Assembly: GCF_001194135.2 (NCBI RefSeq)
Contig: NC_068982.1
Location: 58,256,672-58,312,185 of the forward strand
Direction: 5' to 3'
DNA length: 55,514 nt
Source: Octopus bimaculoides
Taxonomy: Eukaryota
This document shows, in pieces, positions 37,496 to 51,570 of this stretch. Each line of letters starts with the position of its first letter. The stretch's first letter is position 1. The translations under genes and the position numbers were made by a program. The notes under the pieces were generated by a model. The model saw only the letters and a list, made by a program, of their open reading frames with translations, was not told where the DNA came from and did not search any database.

Positions 37496-38888
37496 GCTTG
37501 ACTATTGCTAAACAACAACAATTTTTGTATCAAGAGCCAATAACAGAAAAATTTCCATCAGAATTTAACCCAACCATCGTAAAACACAAAGGACATACCA
37601 GAGAATGTAGTCTAAGACACATTATGTTAGAGAGAAGAAAACACAGATTAGTGATGGGTGGACATCTTTGATCCTTGTTCATTTTGATCAAGGATGATCT
37701 GGGATCAAATATCAATAACAGCAGCAAAAATCATAAGTATACAACACTGGTGGTGTGAAGTGAACACCTTCCATTACTGATATCCTGTTCATGAGTTCAA
37801 ACCCTGTTATCCCAGCTATACATTTTGCATATCTTTTAATAATGAAAAATAACTCTGTTCTGATTTAGTTTGCTCAACTCATATCAAATACTGAATTTTA
37901 ATTTAAAAAAAAATGGTTAGTGGGCAGAATGGACATGCAAATCTTACAAAAACATATCTGCAACAGAGCCAAGAGAATGGAGGAGTACCAGTAAGAGTAT
38001 GAGGATAAGAAATATGTGTTCTACAACAGGCAAATGCAAAACATATGGCAGCGTGTTGAACAATATTGAAGCTAGATTTAAATTTTACAAAGCTTTGCAG
38101 TGGGCTAAATTACAGTGTGAACACGTTCTTTCAATTTTATTGATGTATAAAAAAAAAAGAGTGATGGAGTTTCTTGACAGATTGTTTTATAGTTAGTTGA
38201 CTGCTCCTAAGAGCAGTCAACTGCTTATAAAACTGTCATGAATTAGGCTTGCACCATAGTAAGTGGCCTAATTTTCATATTTGTACATTTGACGGTTTAT
38301 AATTAATTAAGAAATATCTATTGTTGCAGCATATACAGCAAACCAGAAGAACTGAATAATAATTACTACAAAGAGATAAAGGTTTCATATAACTAAAATA
38401 AAGACGTACTTAATGGAAAGTTTGAAAAATAGCAGCCACCACATCATTGCCACCACTAGAAACAGATATAAATCCCTTCATCAATGCTATATATATGCAC
38501 AAATATGTGCCTATGTGAGTGTGTGCACATATCTGTGTGTGTATATATATATGTATGTATGTATGTATACACACACACACACTATTTTATCAAAGCTGAA
38601 AAAAATTCACAAACTTTTACTCAGAGTTTCACATAACTGTTCATCTGCTAATTGTAGTAAAAGACAATATAGATTTGTAAAGAAATTTGTTATGTAAATT
38701 TCTTTACTAGTCTGTATTATCTTAACTGCCTGATGAACAATCATGAGAAACTCTAAGTAATAGTTTGTGAAGATATTTTCAGCTTTAATAAAAATAGTAT
38801 TTCACTCTACTTCTAGTACTGAAATACTATTTTTTCCACCATGCTTTGTTCTTATGAGCTTACTTGTGTGTGTATGTGTGTGTGTTTA

Positions 38889-38939
<51 letters not shown>

Positions 38940-40302
38940 ATAGGTGTGCGTATATGTGCTTGTGCATGCATACTTATTTGTGTGTTGGTGTGTAGACCAT
39001 GTCTGTGTATATGTGTATGTAAATGTCAATGCATATGCTCATGTGCATTTTGGCATGTATCTAAATAAGCTAATTAAAAAAATAGCATTTTTCGTCAATC
39101 CTTAGACAGCGTAAACTGTCTAATTCCTGTAATGTCAAGGTTAGCTACTCATGCTTAGATAATATCACTTCCAGCATTCCATGCTGTAACAGATACAAAA
39201 ACGAACCCACACAGTCTGCACCTCACACTCCAAACTGTTACTGCTGAAATTCCATCAACTGCTTATCAGGAGGATCCTGCCTGTCAAATGTATAGCCAGT
39301 CTATGGAGCTACTCATACTATTCAATGCCATTGTGAGACTCAACATGAGTTTTGCAACCAATGATTATAATGGAACAAACAACACACACATACACTCCTT
39401 CAGTCGTAGGAACAAGGAAGGCTACCTCACCCTGTCTTGCTTCATCTGGAGATACTATAATGATTGAAACAACTTCCCCAACAGCATATGGAGCATCCTT
39501 GACAATCTCCCATCACATTATTCAACAGAAGCTCATAATTTTCTACACAATCCCAGTATTCATTGATCAGAAAACTGTCCTGTCTTACTGTTGTCACCAG
39601 AAGTAGGTGCTGGCAACCCTGTTATAACACTCTAGATCTCACTGGCCCATGTACATTGACAAGGTATACAATTCCTGCTGCACATAGAAATTACAGCCTA
39701 CTATTAACACTCATGCCAATCATGAAAATTCATCTGTAACTTGATACCATCAAAATGATTACCTCCTCAGGTAATCGATGTTGTCACTGAAATACTACAC
39801 CCTACAGAATGATGATGAAATGACACCATCATACTGTCTGCTACACCACATGTTGTATTCAATTTGAAGAGCTGATACCACTGAAGAATGCAATCAAAGT
39901 GATGACAGCAACTTCCCTATTCCACCATGTCACTATAATAACAAAACCAACCATGTGACCTGATTTGACAAATAGAAGTTTAAATAATCTCATCTAGAAG
40001 ACAGTAATTTAAAAATAAAATTCTCTTCAATTTGTCACCAAACATTTGATGGTGAAACTTTAAGTACAGTAGAACCGAGTTAAACAGTTATTAAATAAAT
40101 GTAACTGCAACCAAATGTATTAAACATTACATACTTCCATTTGATAATCTCCTCACTTCTCCAAACACACATACACACATATACACTTAGTAATGTGGGT
40201 GTTTAACATGTACATTCTAGGTTATGAATTGGTAAAACATCACGTTATATAGAAGTCAATACAAACTGTTGAATATACACATACAAACATACATACATAA
40301 AT

Positions 40303-40337
<35 letters not shown>

Positions 40338-40466
40338 CACATATATATATATATATAGTTTATTATAAAAAGTGACAGCTACTTTTAAGTTTTGCTATGC
40401 AACTCCTATGAATGTTTGATGGCGAAACTTATAAATAGCCATTACTGTTTTGTATGTGTGTGTGTA

Positions 40467-40512
<46 letters not shown>

Positions 40513-40524
40513 TACACACACACG

Positions 40525-40562
<38 letters not shown>

Positions 40563-40568
40563 CACACG

Positions 40569-40620
<52 letters not shown>

Positions 40621-41402
40621 TGTATATACATACACAATCACATGCATACATGTTGGATCTAACAGAAAAGATTACTTATACAAATGCATTGGATTATATA
40701 AAGGAAATAACATTTAGACTGAATTATTTAGAGACGTTTAATAACACTGCTGTTATACATTGATCTCAAAGCTATATCGACTCAATAAAGTGAAGTGAAA
40801 TCACCATATTTCTCTCTTAGCCTCCGATGCTTCAGAGATAAATTCCAATTTATCCTCTCTTTTGTAATGTGGTTAAGTACAGATTTGTCCTCAGTCTCAC
40901 TATTTATTTCCTTGTCAGAGAAAATTGCACTGAATCTCTTGTAACGCATGCATGCTTTGGATTTGTCGGAGACAGTCCTTCAGTGCTGAGCCATTTGTCT
41001 TCCACATAACGAAATCTATTGCCTTTCATTCGAAGGCCAAAATTATGGCTTCTGGCATTAACTATTACCACCTCTCTGCTTTACAGGTGCTGCAGTTAAT
41101 AAGAATTCAAGTGTACCTTTCCAAATAACTATTATGTTTGGGGTGCAATAGATGAGATTCCTGCAAGCAGATGACATCTTCACTGCTGCAACATTTCCGA
41201 ACAACAAGAAATGAAAACTAGAATGGATTAAGATTTCGGTAACATGGAATTTACTGCATGCTTCTGGATAAAAGTTGCAATGAATCTGTGTATCTCACTA
41301 CATGCAACATATGACTTGTGGGTTACAGCCATTATTGGTAAGTGGAGTTAGTTACTACAACGGTGAATAAAAATATTTGTGAGAACAGATATGTGTGTTT
41401 AT

Positions 41403-41438
<36 letters not shown>

Positions 41439-41802
41439 CCATATGTGAGAGGTTGTATATATGATATTAGCTCTTGTATAAGTGTGTCTATATGTTTGTA
41501 GAGGAATGTATACACACACACGCACACACACACACGTTTAAGATTATATAAATGTGTGCACACATATGTGAAACTGCTGTGTCTATATATGTTAGTTTAT
41601 GTGATTTCACATGTGTGTGTATGTATGAGTTATTTGTATAATATTACTGATAAACAATTGAAGCATTTGGAAATACATGTGTATACATATGTGTGCACAC
41701 TTGTGCATGTGTGCATGTGTGCATGCGTGTCTAACATTGTGTAAACATATGCATGCATTTGTTGCTCATATTTTATCATAATTACGTAAGTTGAATACAT
41801 AA

Positions 41803-41955
41803 GAATGGCTGAGTGGTAGGAAGTTTGCTTCCCAACCACATGGTTCTGGATTCAGTCCCACTACATGGAACTTTGTGCAAGTGATTTCTACTACAGCTCC
41901 AGGCCAACCAAAGCCTTGTGAGTAGATTTGATAGATGAAAACTGAAAGAAGCCCA

Positions 41956-42030
<75 letters not shown>

Positions 42031-42200
42031 AATGTATAATTCAATGCCTGTATGTCTTTGTGTTTGTCTACCACTGCTGCTTGACAACTGGCGTTGGTTT
42101 GTTTATGTCGCTGCTACTTAGTGGTTCAGCTAAAAAAAAGACTGCTAGAATAAAAACCAGGTTTAGAGAAAAAAAACTGGTGGAGATTTGTTCAACTAAA
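41803..42200 (+). mobile_element. SINE family B with long internal (CA)n
   Basis: Head 'ggctgagtggtaggaagtttgcttcccaaccacatggttctggattcagtccc' followed by the family B body. Confidence 0.75.
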
Positions 42201-42327
42201 GCCTTTCAAGACTGAAACAGATAAAAAATATGTTTATGTGTAAGTCAGTAGAGATTTATGTGAATATGTGTGTGTATACACATAAATGATAGGATTTCAT
42301 AAACTTTGTCTTCTCTATCTTAGAAAA

Positions 42328-42371
<44 letters not shown>

Positions 42372-42544
42372 CATGTTTGTCTGTTTGGTGCAATAAATGG
42401 AAGAACATGCACACATTACATGCAGTAGAGTTTACACGTTTGGGTGATCATTCAGTCCATTGCTACTCAGAGTTTCTCTATTACATCCATTTTAATTACA
42501 CATGGTGAAAAAGCACTCTCTCTTTCTCTATGCATTTGGGTGCA

Positions 42545-42616
<72 letters not shown>

Positions 42617-43599
42617 AACATACATTCTCCACAGGCTGTTTTCTTATTAATTTGAGTATGCTGAAGTGCATACCATGATTGTATTTATGTGTGTATGCAT
42701 ATATATATATATAGAGAGAGATATATGATTCCTGTCTGTAAGTCAGTAATCATGAGCATATGTACTTGAAAGACAGTAATGGAGTGCACACATGTATATG
42801 TTTGTACCACATGTCATTAATCATCCTTTAACAACATACTACATTATAAATGCAGATGCACACATGAAAATACATGTATACATGTTAATGCTCAAATGCA
42901 CAAGTACATGCATGTAAGTGCATACTACATCACAAATGCACCCATATTTCTGCTCAAATGCACATGGACATGCATGCAAATGTATACTGCATTGTAAATA
43001 TAGATACATGCAAGTGAATGCATACACAATGCTCAGATGTATTAGTAGATACATCTACACACTTTAAATCAAATGTACAAATCAAGTTAGATACACAGTT
43101 GTGACTATTATCATTATTGTCATTAGATTCATGATTATCATTTTCATTGACTTCCAATTTGTGTTTATCTTTGTTTGAAGGGAAAACTATTCTGGTAGCT
43201 TTTTTTCATTTTATCCTTTGGTGAACTGGTTTAATTTATGATAAGTCAGCCTATCTGGTTTCAAATTACATGAAGAAATGTTGTTCCTTTAAGGACCATG
43301 TAGATACAGTCGCATCTCTTCTGTTTACGCTCTTGTATGTTGCCATTAGGATGTGGCATTTTGTTGTAGTTCACAAATTTTATCTTGCTTCCCATTTATT
43401 TAAGGTTTTGCTTCCTCTGAGTCTCCAGATGTATTGGGACAGTGATGTATAATTAAATTTGCCTTTGGATTTGTAGAAATTCATGAGTTGTATGTACCAA
43501 CATTTAAAGGTATTTCATGTGTCAAAACTATCTACTATAGTTATGAGATCTTTATGTACAAGCACTTTTGATGAGCATGTCTACAGCTGATGCCATCAG

Positions 43600-43800
43600 A
43601 ATATTAAACTAACCATGGCAAACTTCTTTAATACAACACTAAATTCAAAATTACATAGACCATTAGAGAAGCCTAATAGCATCCCAGCCCACATCCATAT
43701 CATCCAACATCTCACTGAGCAGTGCTAAATATGTGTCCATAAGCATCAACAAGAAGCTGAAGCTCAACACTCTACTTTCCATAGAGTCACATTTTACAAG
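43600..43800 (+). mobile_element. Decayed Penelope-like RT C-terminal fragment
   Basis: NFFNTTLNSKLHRPLEKPNSIPAHIHI and, after a frameshift, SN...K...SINKKL. Resembles the PLE motif 'NFLDVT...YRPYRKPN..P.YI...SNHP....K......INKRL'. Confidence 0.5.
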
Positions 43801-45463
43801 GTCACGGAGTTCTTCAATGAATCACAAACCATAGCTGATGTAAAGAAATATTTCAGAGGTCCCAAATAGTTAATAGCAACTGAGAAATTTTATACTGTCT
43901 TATCTACTCTACATATCATTGCTGTTGAAATGTGTTTCAAAATCTGACAATGAAGAAAGCTTTTACCTTTTACTTATTCATTTAGGGGCATGACCTTTAA
44001 GGGTTTAGTCAAAGAAATCAATTCCAGTACATATTTTTAAAGTCTGTTACTTATATTTTTCTGAAATGCCCGAGTTACAGAAACAAGTGAACCAAAGATT
44101 CAGGGATTACTAAACTGGAGTGAATTATCAGTTACTAGTTATCAGCCTGCTGATGTGTGTAGAAGAAACAACACATTTGATTTACTCAAGATCAGAATTA
44201 ATGTACAAAATCTCTCAAACAGTTTTTTTAGCTTACATACAAAGAAGATGACAGAGGACTGAGATACATGGCACATTTTTGTACTTGAGAAGACCTGCCC
44301 ACCACAACCGAATTGAGATCCTAAAAGCAAGGTGCCATGTAAAAAGCTTTGGTGTTGGTGCTGGTGCCACATAAAAAGCATCCAGTGCACTCTGTCGAGT
44401 AGTACCAAAATTTGTTCCTTGTCCCAAAATTTGTGTCCTGTGCTAAAATTTGAAAACCATTATTTGAACACATTTGGGAGACAAATCTGATTATGTTTTG
44501 GTTTTATTAAACCTTTTTAGTAAAGCATAGCTTCCATAGTACTTGTTGAAGTAATGAATTACTAAGTAGCTATACGATGTTGTTAGGTAAAAAGAGAATA
44601 TTTCTTTGAATGTATCACTGATATTAATTACCCAGAAATGTCATTAGCATATCATTATGTTATATACAAATTTATATTAATATTAATTATTGCATAAGTA
44701 AAGCTAGTACATTACATGATTTAATGGAATCTAATATAAAATTGGATGCTACCGTGAGTTATATTTGGTACAATTGGAATGTAAAGAAATTAGTGTGTCA
44801 ACTGTCTCCCCCAAAAGTGGTATGAGATGATCTATAGAGCTATAATATGACTCACATACATAAATATATATTCTTGTACATTGTCATAGGCAAATACTGC
44901 TGCTGTCATAACCACCACCACTAACATCATCATGGCCCCCCCACACCACCATCATCAACACCACCATCTTCACCGCCCTCACTGGCATCTTCATGATCAT
45001 CTTCATTACCACAGTCATGTTCCTTGACATTCTTCCCCCCCCCCTTTTCTCCTCCTCCTTATCATGATCGTCATCTTTGAAATCCTTGTATTCTCAAAAC
45101 TTAGCCAAAGAGTAAGGTGAGACTCACAAAAGCAAGCCTGTCTCTCCTTCCCTGTTATTTACCTTGATTTAGTGTGTGTCATCTCAATTTACAAATAACA
45201 TCATTGTCAGGTTTGTGAAATACATTCCACCACACTGTAAACAGGCAAGACATGAAAATAGCATGCAATAAGTATGTTAGATGGGAATAATCTTTCAGTA
45301 GGGGTTCTTGGCCACTGAGCTACAGACCAGTACCAAGCTATGGATCATTTAGTACCAAGGCGTACAAAATGAATAAATTAAAAAATTTGTTTTATTGGCT
45401 ATTCCAGTCTAAAGGTTATTAGCATTATATATGTAATATATATATAATATATATATCTATATG

Positions 45464-45496
<33 letters not shown>

Positions 45497-45748
45497 ACAT
45501 GCGTGTGTGTGTATGTGTGTGTGCATGCGCATGTGTGTGTGCCTTTGTCTCTGTGTTTGTCTTCCCATCACCAACCGACAACCAGTATTGGTGTGTTATG
45601 TCCCTGTAACTTAGTGGTTTGGCAAAAAAGACTGATAGAATAAGTACTAGGCTTAAAAAATAAGCTCTGGGGTCAATTTTTTCAGCTAAAACTCTTCAAA
45701 GCAATGCTTCAGCATGGATGCAGTCAAATGACCAAAACAAGTAAAAGA

Positions 45749-45809
<61 letters not shown>

Positions 45810-46164
45810 TATATACAGGTGTATTTCACCATATTATGCACTTTATTGGGTTTTGTTATGTGCATGATTTCTACTCTGTAGAAAAATTGCCTTGTATGAA
45901 AGCAGTCATTAGTGCAAGAAAATGCTGGGAACTGCTAATGTATGTTATGTGATGACATTGTAGACACATAACATATACTTGTATGTGACATCATTAAATA
46001 AGAAATCATTGTAATCTTAAAACATTAAACAAAAAATGTTGGGGTGCAATGTTGTTCTATGACTATTGCTGTGGGTATAATACTGTTTACATGGCACGGA
46101 TGTCAGCAATTGTTTTATTAACTTTACCCCACCCATCTTTATGGCTTTTGCATGTGATGTGTGG

Positions 46165-46620
46165 ATGGTGGTGGTGGTGGTGGCATTAGTGGTGGTTGTA
46201 ATGGTGGTTGTTGTAGTAGTGGTAGTGGTCTTGCTGCTGTTTGAAGTAGGTTTGTGTTGCTTGTGGTGGTGGTAGTAGTGGTGGTGATAATAGTGGTATT
46301 TGGGGTTGTGGTCTTGTTGGTGTTGGAAGTGGTGGCTGTGGTGGCGATAGTGGTGATGGTGCTAGTCGTGGTGATGGTGGTAATAGTGGAGGTGATGGTG
46401 GTAGTATTGGTGGTAATGATTGTGGTGGTGATGGAGGTGGTAATGATGATGATGGTGTTGGTGGTGATTGTGTTGGTAATGGAGATCGTGGTTGTGGTGG
46501 TGGAAGTGGTGAAGATGATAGCAGTGGCGGTGATTGTGGTAGTGGTGGTGATGATGGTATTAGTATTAGTGGTGATAATAGTGGCTATGGTGATTGTGGT
46601 GGTAGCTGCAAACGCATCAT
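46165..46620. repeat. Degenerate (GGT/GTG/GAT)n trinucleotide field
   Basis: Visible simple repeat; gives poly-V (+) and poly-T (-) ORFs. Confidence 0.9.
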
Positions 46621-47044
46621 CATTTGTTTTGTGATGTATGGGTGATAGGTAGACAATAAGGGGAAGATGGGTGGATGGGGTGAAGACAACCAGCATCATT
46701 TGTTTTGAGAACAATTCTTTAGATGCTGGAGCCAGAACAGAATTAAAACAACTAAATTTCTTCATGATTATCTTAGAATAATATTTCTTTTTATTTGAAT
46801 GATAAATGTACTTGAGCTTGACAGCAGGATATCAAGAACATGATACCAATAACAACACTACCACCACGACCAATACCTAGAAACCATAAAAATTTGCTGC
46901 CAGTGCCACCATCACCACCATCACACTTCATGACCTTAAAGGGATTAAAAGCAAATATGAGCTCAGCAGGATTTGAACTCAGAACATAAAGGGTTATAAG
47001 AAATGCAACAAAGCATTTTGTCTGATGTTGTAACAATTCTACCA

Positions 47045-47295
47045 GTTGGCTGCTTTCGTGGCCGTTGCCAGTACCGCCTGACTGGCCTTCGTGCGGGTGG
47101 CACGAAAAAGCACCCACTACACTCTCGGAGTGGTTGGCGTTAGGAAGGGCATCCAGCTGTAGAAACTCTGCCAAATCAGATTGGAGCCTGGTGTAGCCAT
47201 CTGGTCTCACCAGTCCTCAGTCAAATCGTCCAACCCATGGCAGCATGGAAAGCGGACGTTAGATGATGATGATGATGATGATGATGATGATAATG
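47045..47295 (+). mobile_element. RTE LINE 3' fragment with (GAT)n tail, between SINE A fragments
   Basis: 'gcacccactacactctcggagtggttggcgttaggaagggcatccagctgtagaaactctgcc...ggacgttagatgatgatgat'. Confidence 0.85.
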
Positions 47296-47999
47296 ATTTC
47301 AAATTTTGGCATAAGGCCAGCAATTTCAGGGAAGTAGGTAAGTCAGTTACATTGACCCCAGTGTTCAACTGGTACTTATTTTATCAACTCTGAAAAGATG
47401 AAAGGCAAAGTCAACCCCATAAATTGCTGCTGAGCATCTTCTCTGGTGTGCTAACAATTCCACCAGCTTGCCACAATAATAATAATCGTTTCTACTATAG
47501 GCACAAGGCCTGAAATTTTGGGGGAGGGGACTAGTCACTTACATCTACTCCAGAGTTCAACTGGTACTTATTTTATCAACCCTGAAAGGATGAATAGCAA
47601 AGTCAAACTTGGCAGAATTTGAACTCACGACAGAATTAAGATGGACAAAATACCCCTAACAATTAGAGAATGTTCCTTGCCTTACCTTTCCTGCAAGAAA
47701 TGCCAAGCAGTGTTTAGGTATAAGCGAAGCTTAGCTTAGTTAGAAAATGTTTTTGACATATTTCAACTGCTAAAAGGCATATACACTGTGATTACGGAAA
47801 TTATTGTTATATTACAATAATTTTCATGACCTAGCGGTCTACTGGTGCAAATCAGTCAATGTGGTTGACTGTCCAGAGTTGCTTCTCTTAGGTATTTCTC
47901 ATTGATAACAGCAGTGAATTTGCCTTTTAGCAGTTGAAATATGTCATAAGCATATTTTAACTAACCTAAACTTTGCTTATGACTAAACACTGCTTCGTG

Positions 48000-48039
<40 letters not shown>

Positions 48040-48467
48040 NNNNNNNNNNNNNNNNNNNNNNNNNNNNNNNNNNNNNNNNNNNNNNNNNNNNNNNNNNNNN
48101 NNNNNNNNNNNNNNNNNNNNNNNNNNNNNNNNNNNNNNNNNNNNNNNNNNNNNNNNNNNNNNNNNNNNNNNNNNNNNNNNNNNNNNNNNNNNNNNNNNNN
48201 NNNNNNNNNNNNNNNNNNNNNNNNNNNNNNNNNNNNNNNNNNNNNNNNNNNNNNNNNNNNNNNNNNNNNNNNNNNNNNNNNNNNNNNNNNNNNNNNNNNN
48301 NNNNNNNNNNNNNNNNNNNNNNNNNNNNNNNNNNNNNNNNNNNNNNNNNNNNNNNNNNNNNNNNNNNNNNNNNNNNNNNNNNNNNNNNNNNNNNNNNNNN
48401 NNNNNNNNNNNNNNNNNNNNNNNNNNNNNNNNNNNNNNNNNNNNNNNNNNNNNNNNNNNNNNNNNNN

Positions 48468-48502
<35 letters not shown>

Positions 48503-49146
48503 CATACACATGCATCATATTATATAGTAAATGGAAGGAAGGGATGCACAAATGCCCCAATGATTAATACCAACCTACTGTACCTACCTACCTCCTCCTA
48601 TGAAGACAAATGAAAATGTAGTTGGAGTCTATTTAAAACAAGCACTGAAAGACAACTTCTCTCTTCCCTCTTCTCCTTTGCCCTCTCCTCTTCCAATAGA
48701 AAAATACTAACCATTATTTTCTTCCGTAAAAAAAGGATTTATTGTTTTTGCCATGGTCGTTTATGTAATTGTTGTTGTTGAACTTAATCATTCAACACTG
48801 CGCATTTCTTGCAATGAACATTATAGCATTCCGATAAGCAGAAAGACTCCGTGGATGTGTTATTACATCTCACTTTCTTTCTTTCTTTTTCTTTCTTTCT
48901 TTCTTTCTTTCTTTCACTTCAAGAATTTAAATTCTTACTTAGTTAAAAACTTTATGGAAAAGTGTCTCAGGTGGCAGCTGTTTCTAACTTCTTTCTTTCT
49001 AGAAAGTTCGTCAAATTATTGCCTTTATTGTTAAAACACCTGATTTATTTTTCTGCATTGCAGCTTACCATTACAATTTTCTTTTTTTTACTATTGCAGA
49101 AGGTTAACAATTCTTGGAATAGTATTTTCATTTAGTTCTGTGTTTA

Positions 49147-49246
<100 letters not shown>

Positions 49247-49324
49247 TATACGCACATCTGTCTCAGAAATATTAACGCAGATACATACATAGGTACATAC
49301 ATATAAATCCATAAATGCATACAT

Positions 49325-49544
49325 ACTCTTACTCTTTTACATGTATCAGTCATTTGACTGCGGCCATGCTGGAGCACCGCCTTTAGTCGAGCAAATCGAC
49401 CCCAGGAATTATTCTTTGTATGCCTAGTACTTATTCTATTGATCTCTTTTGCCGAACTGCTAAGTTACAGGGACGTAAACACACCACCATCGGTTGTCAA
49501 GCAATGTTGGGGGAACAAACACAGACACACAAACATATACACAC

Positions 49545-49586
<42 letters not shown>

Positions 49587-49748
49587 GACAGGCTTCTTTC
49601 AGTTTCCGTCTACCAAATCCACTCACAAGGCTTTGGTCAGCCCGAGGCTATAGTAGAAGACACTTGCCCAAGGTGCCATGCAATGGGAATGAACCCAGAA
49701 CCATGTGGTTGGTGAGCAAGCTACTTACCACACAGCCACTCCTGCGCC
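49325..49748 (-). mobile_element. SINE family B, full length
   Basis: Close match to 10078-10465, with internal (CA)/(TA)n. Confidence 0.85.
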
Positions 49749-49864
49749 TATATGATATGTAACATATATCACATACTTATCACCTTATCACATATGTATC
49801 ATATCTATGTATTTATATGTGTGTGCATATGTATCATATCTATGTATTTATATGTGTGTGCATA

Positions 49865-51570
49865 TGTGGCATCAAAAAATTCTTGGACTAGTTATGTTTA
49901 ATAAAAAAAATAACGACTCATTTACCTAGGTTTTAACATCATCTCTTTCGAAATAGTCATCTTGTGTTCCAATACACCAGTCCCAGTGTTCCTGCTACCT
50001 TTGGAATACCCAGTGTTCCTGTTACCTTTGGAAGTCATTTTCAGTAAGTGAGTCGAGGACCTTTAGTGTTTCGCTCTTGATCTTGATACTGTTGTTAGAA
50101 TAGCAACCTTTGAATTGCATTTTCATCTTGAGGAAGAGATGGAAGTCCACAGGTGCTAAATCTGGTGAATTGGGTGGCTGTGGAAGTGATACCATGTTGT
50201 TTTTGCTGAGAAACTCATGAGTGAGGAAAGCTTAGTGACAGAGTGCATTGTCATCTTGAAGGACCTAATCCTTCATGCTCCACAGATCCGGTCACTTTTG
50301 ATGACTGTCCTCCCTCAAACTCTTCAAAACATCACAGTAGAACTCTTGATTGATGGTCTGGCCCTGGGGGACGAATTCTTGATGCACAATACTGAAGATG
50401 TAAAAAATAATATGACGAGCCTGTTCATGATTGAGCTGTGGCTCTGCCATGCCTTTTTCAGTCATGGAAATGAAGGCGCCTTCCATTGTGATAACTGCTG
50501 CCTCATCTCAGAGTCATACCCAAAGACCCAACTGGTGACGATCTTCGACATGAAGGATGGGTCCTCAGTGGCATCCTGATGAAGAGTTTGGCAGACTTTG
50601 ACACGATGTTGTTACTGCTCAGTGGTCAGCAGGTGGGTGACAAACTTGACAAAGAGTTACCGCATGTTCAGTTCAGACATTATGATTGCCTGCACGGACC
50701 CATGTGACAGACCAGCAACATCAGCAGTGTCGTTGATTGTTCTCTGCTGATCTTCATGTGCAGGCTAATGAATTTTTTCCATATTTCCAAGGGGACGCTT
50801 GTGGCAGGTCTTCCAGATCGCTCCTCATCTTCCAGGGACGGTCTTCTGCTTTTGAAGCACCTGTGCCACTTGAAACATTGCATACGGCCCATTGCCTCAT
50901 CGCTGTAAGCTTACTGAAGCATGCTCAATATCTCTGTAGCAGACATTCCAAGTTTAAAGCAAAATTTTACGTTGGCTCTTTGTTCTTGTCCATGACAAAA
51001 TCGTTGTTGTTAGCATTCTGTCACTTACGACGTCGAGGGTTCCAGTTGATCTGATCAACGGAACAGCCTGCTCGTGAAATTAACGTGCAAGTGGCTGAGC
51101 ACTCCACAGACACGTGTACCCTTAGCGTAGTTCTCGGGGAAATTCAGCGTGACACAGTGTGACAAGGCTGACCCTTTGAATTACAGGCACAACAGAAACA
51201 GGAAGTAAGAGTGAGAGAAAGTTGTGGTGAAAGAGTACAGTAGGGTTCACCACCATCTCCTGCCGGAGCCTCGTGGAGCTTTAGGTGTTTTCGCTCAATA
51301 AACACTCACAACGCCCGGTCTGGGAATTGAAACTGCGATCCTATGACTGTGAGTCTGCTGCCCTAACCACTGGGCCATTGCGCCTCCACTATGACAAAAT
51401 CACAGACTACAGAATATACATGTTCACATAAACACAAATTTCACAACTTGTGAAGTAAGTCACTTGGCACATATGAAGGTCACTGCTAGCTCTCATTGCA
51501 CACACAACTGTATGCTGCCATATGTTGGTGCGCTACAGAACTAATGTATGAAATTTTTGATACCATCTCA
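49865..51570 (-). mobile_element. Decayed mariner (Tc1/mariner) transposon interrupted by a SINE
   Basis: Imperfect TIRs 'ta|tgtggcatcaaaaaattc' and 'gaaatttttgataccatctca|ta'. Transposase pieces FKWHRCFKS.R.SLEDEERSGRP, IVHQEFVPQGQTINQEFYCDVLKSLRE and NSPDLAPVDF, with frameshifts. Confidence 0.88.
51003..51390 (-). mobile_element. SINE family D with 11-bp TSD, inside the mariner
   Basis: Highly similar to 37112-37495; TSD atgacaaaatc at 50992-51002 and 51391-51401. Confidence 0.92.

Noticed and set aside
39100-39960. Complex stretch with faint resemblance to a Gypsy integrase tail
   Set aside because: No frame gives a convincing motif, and no LTRs were found.
46139-46765. 208-aa Thr-rich mucin-like ORF
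   Set aside because: It is a degenerate trinucleotide field, open on both strands simply because it lacks stops, with no other support.
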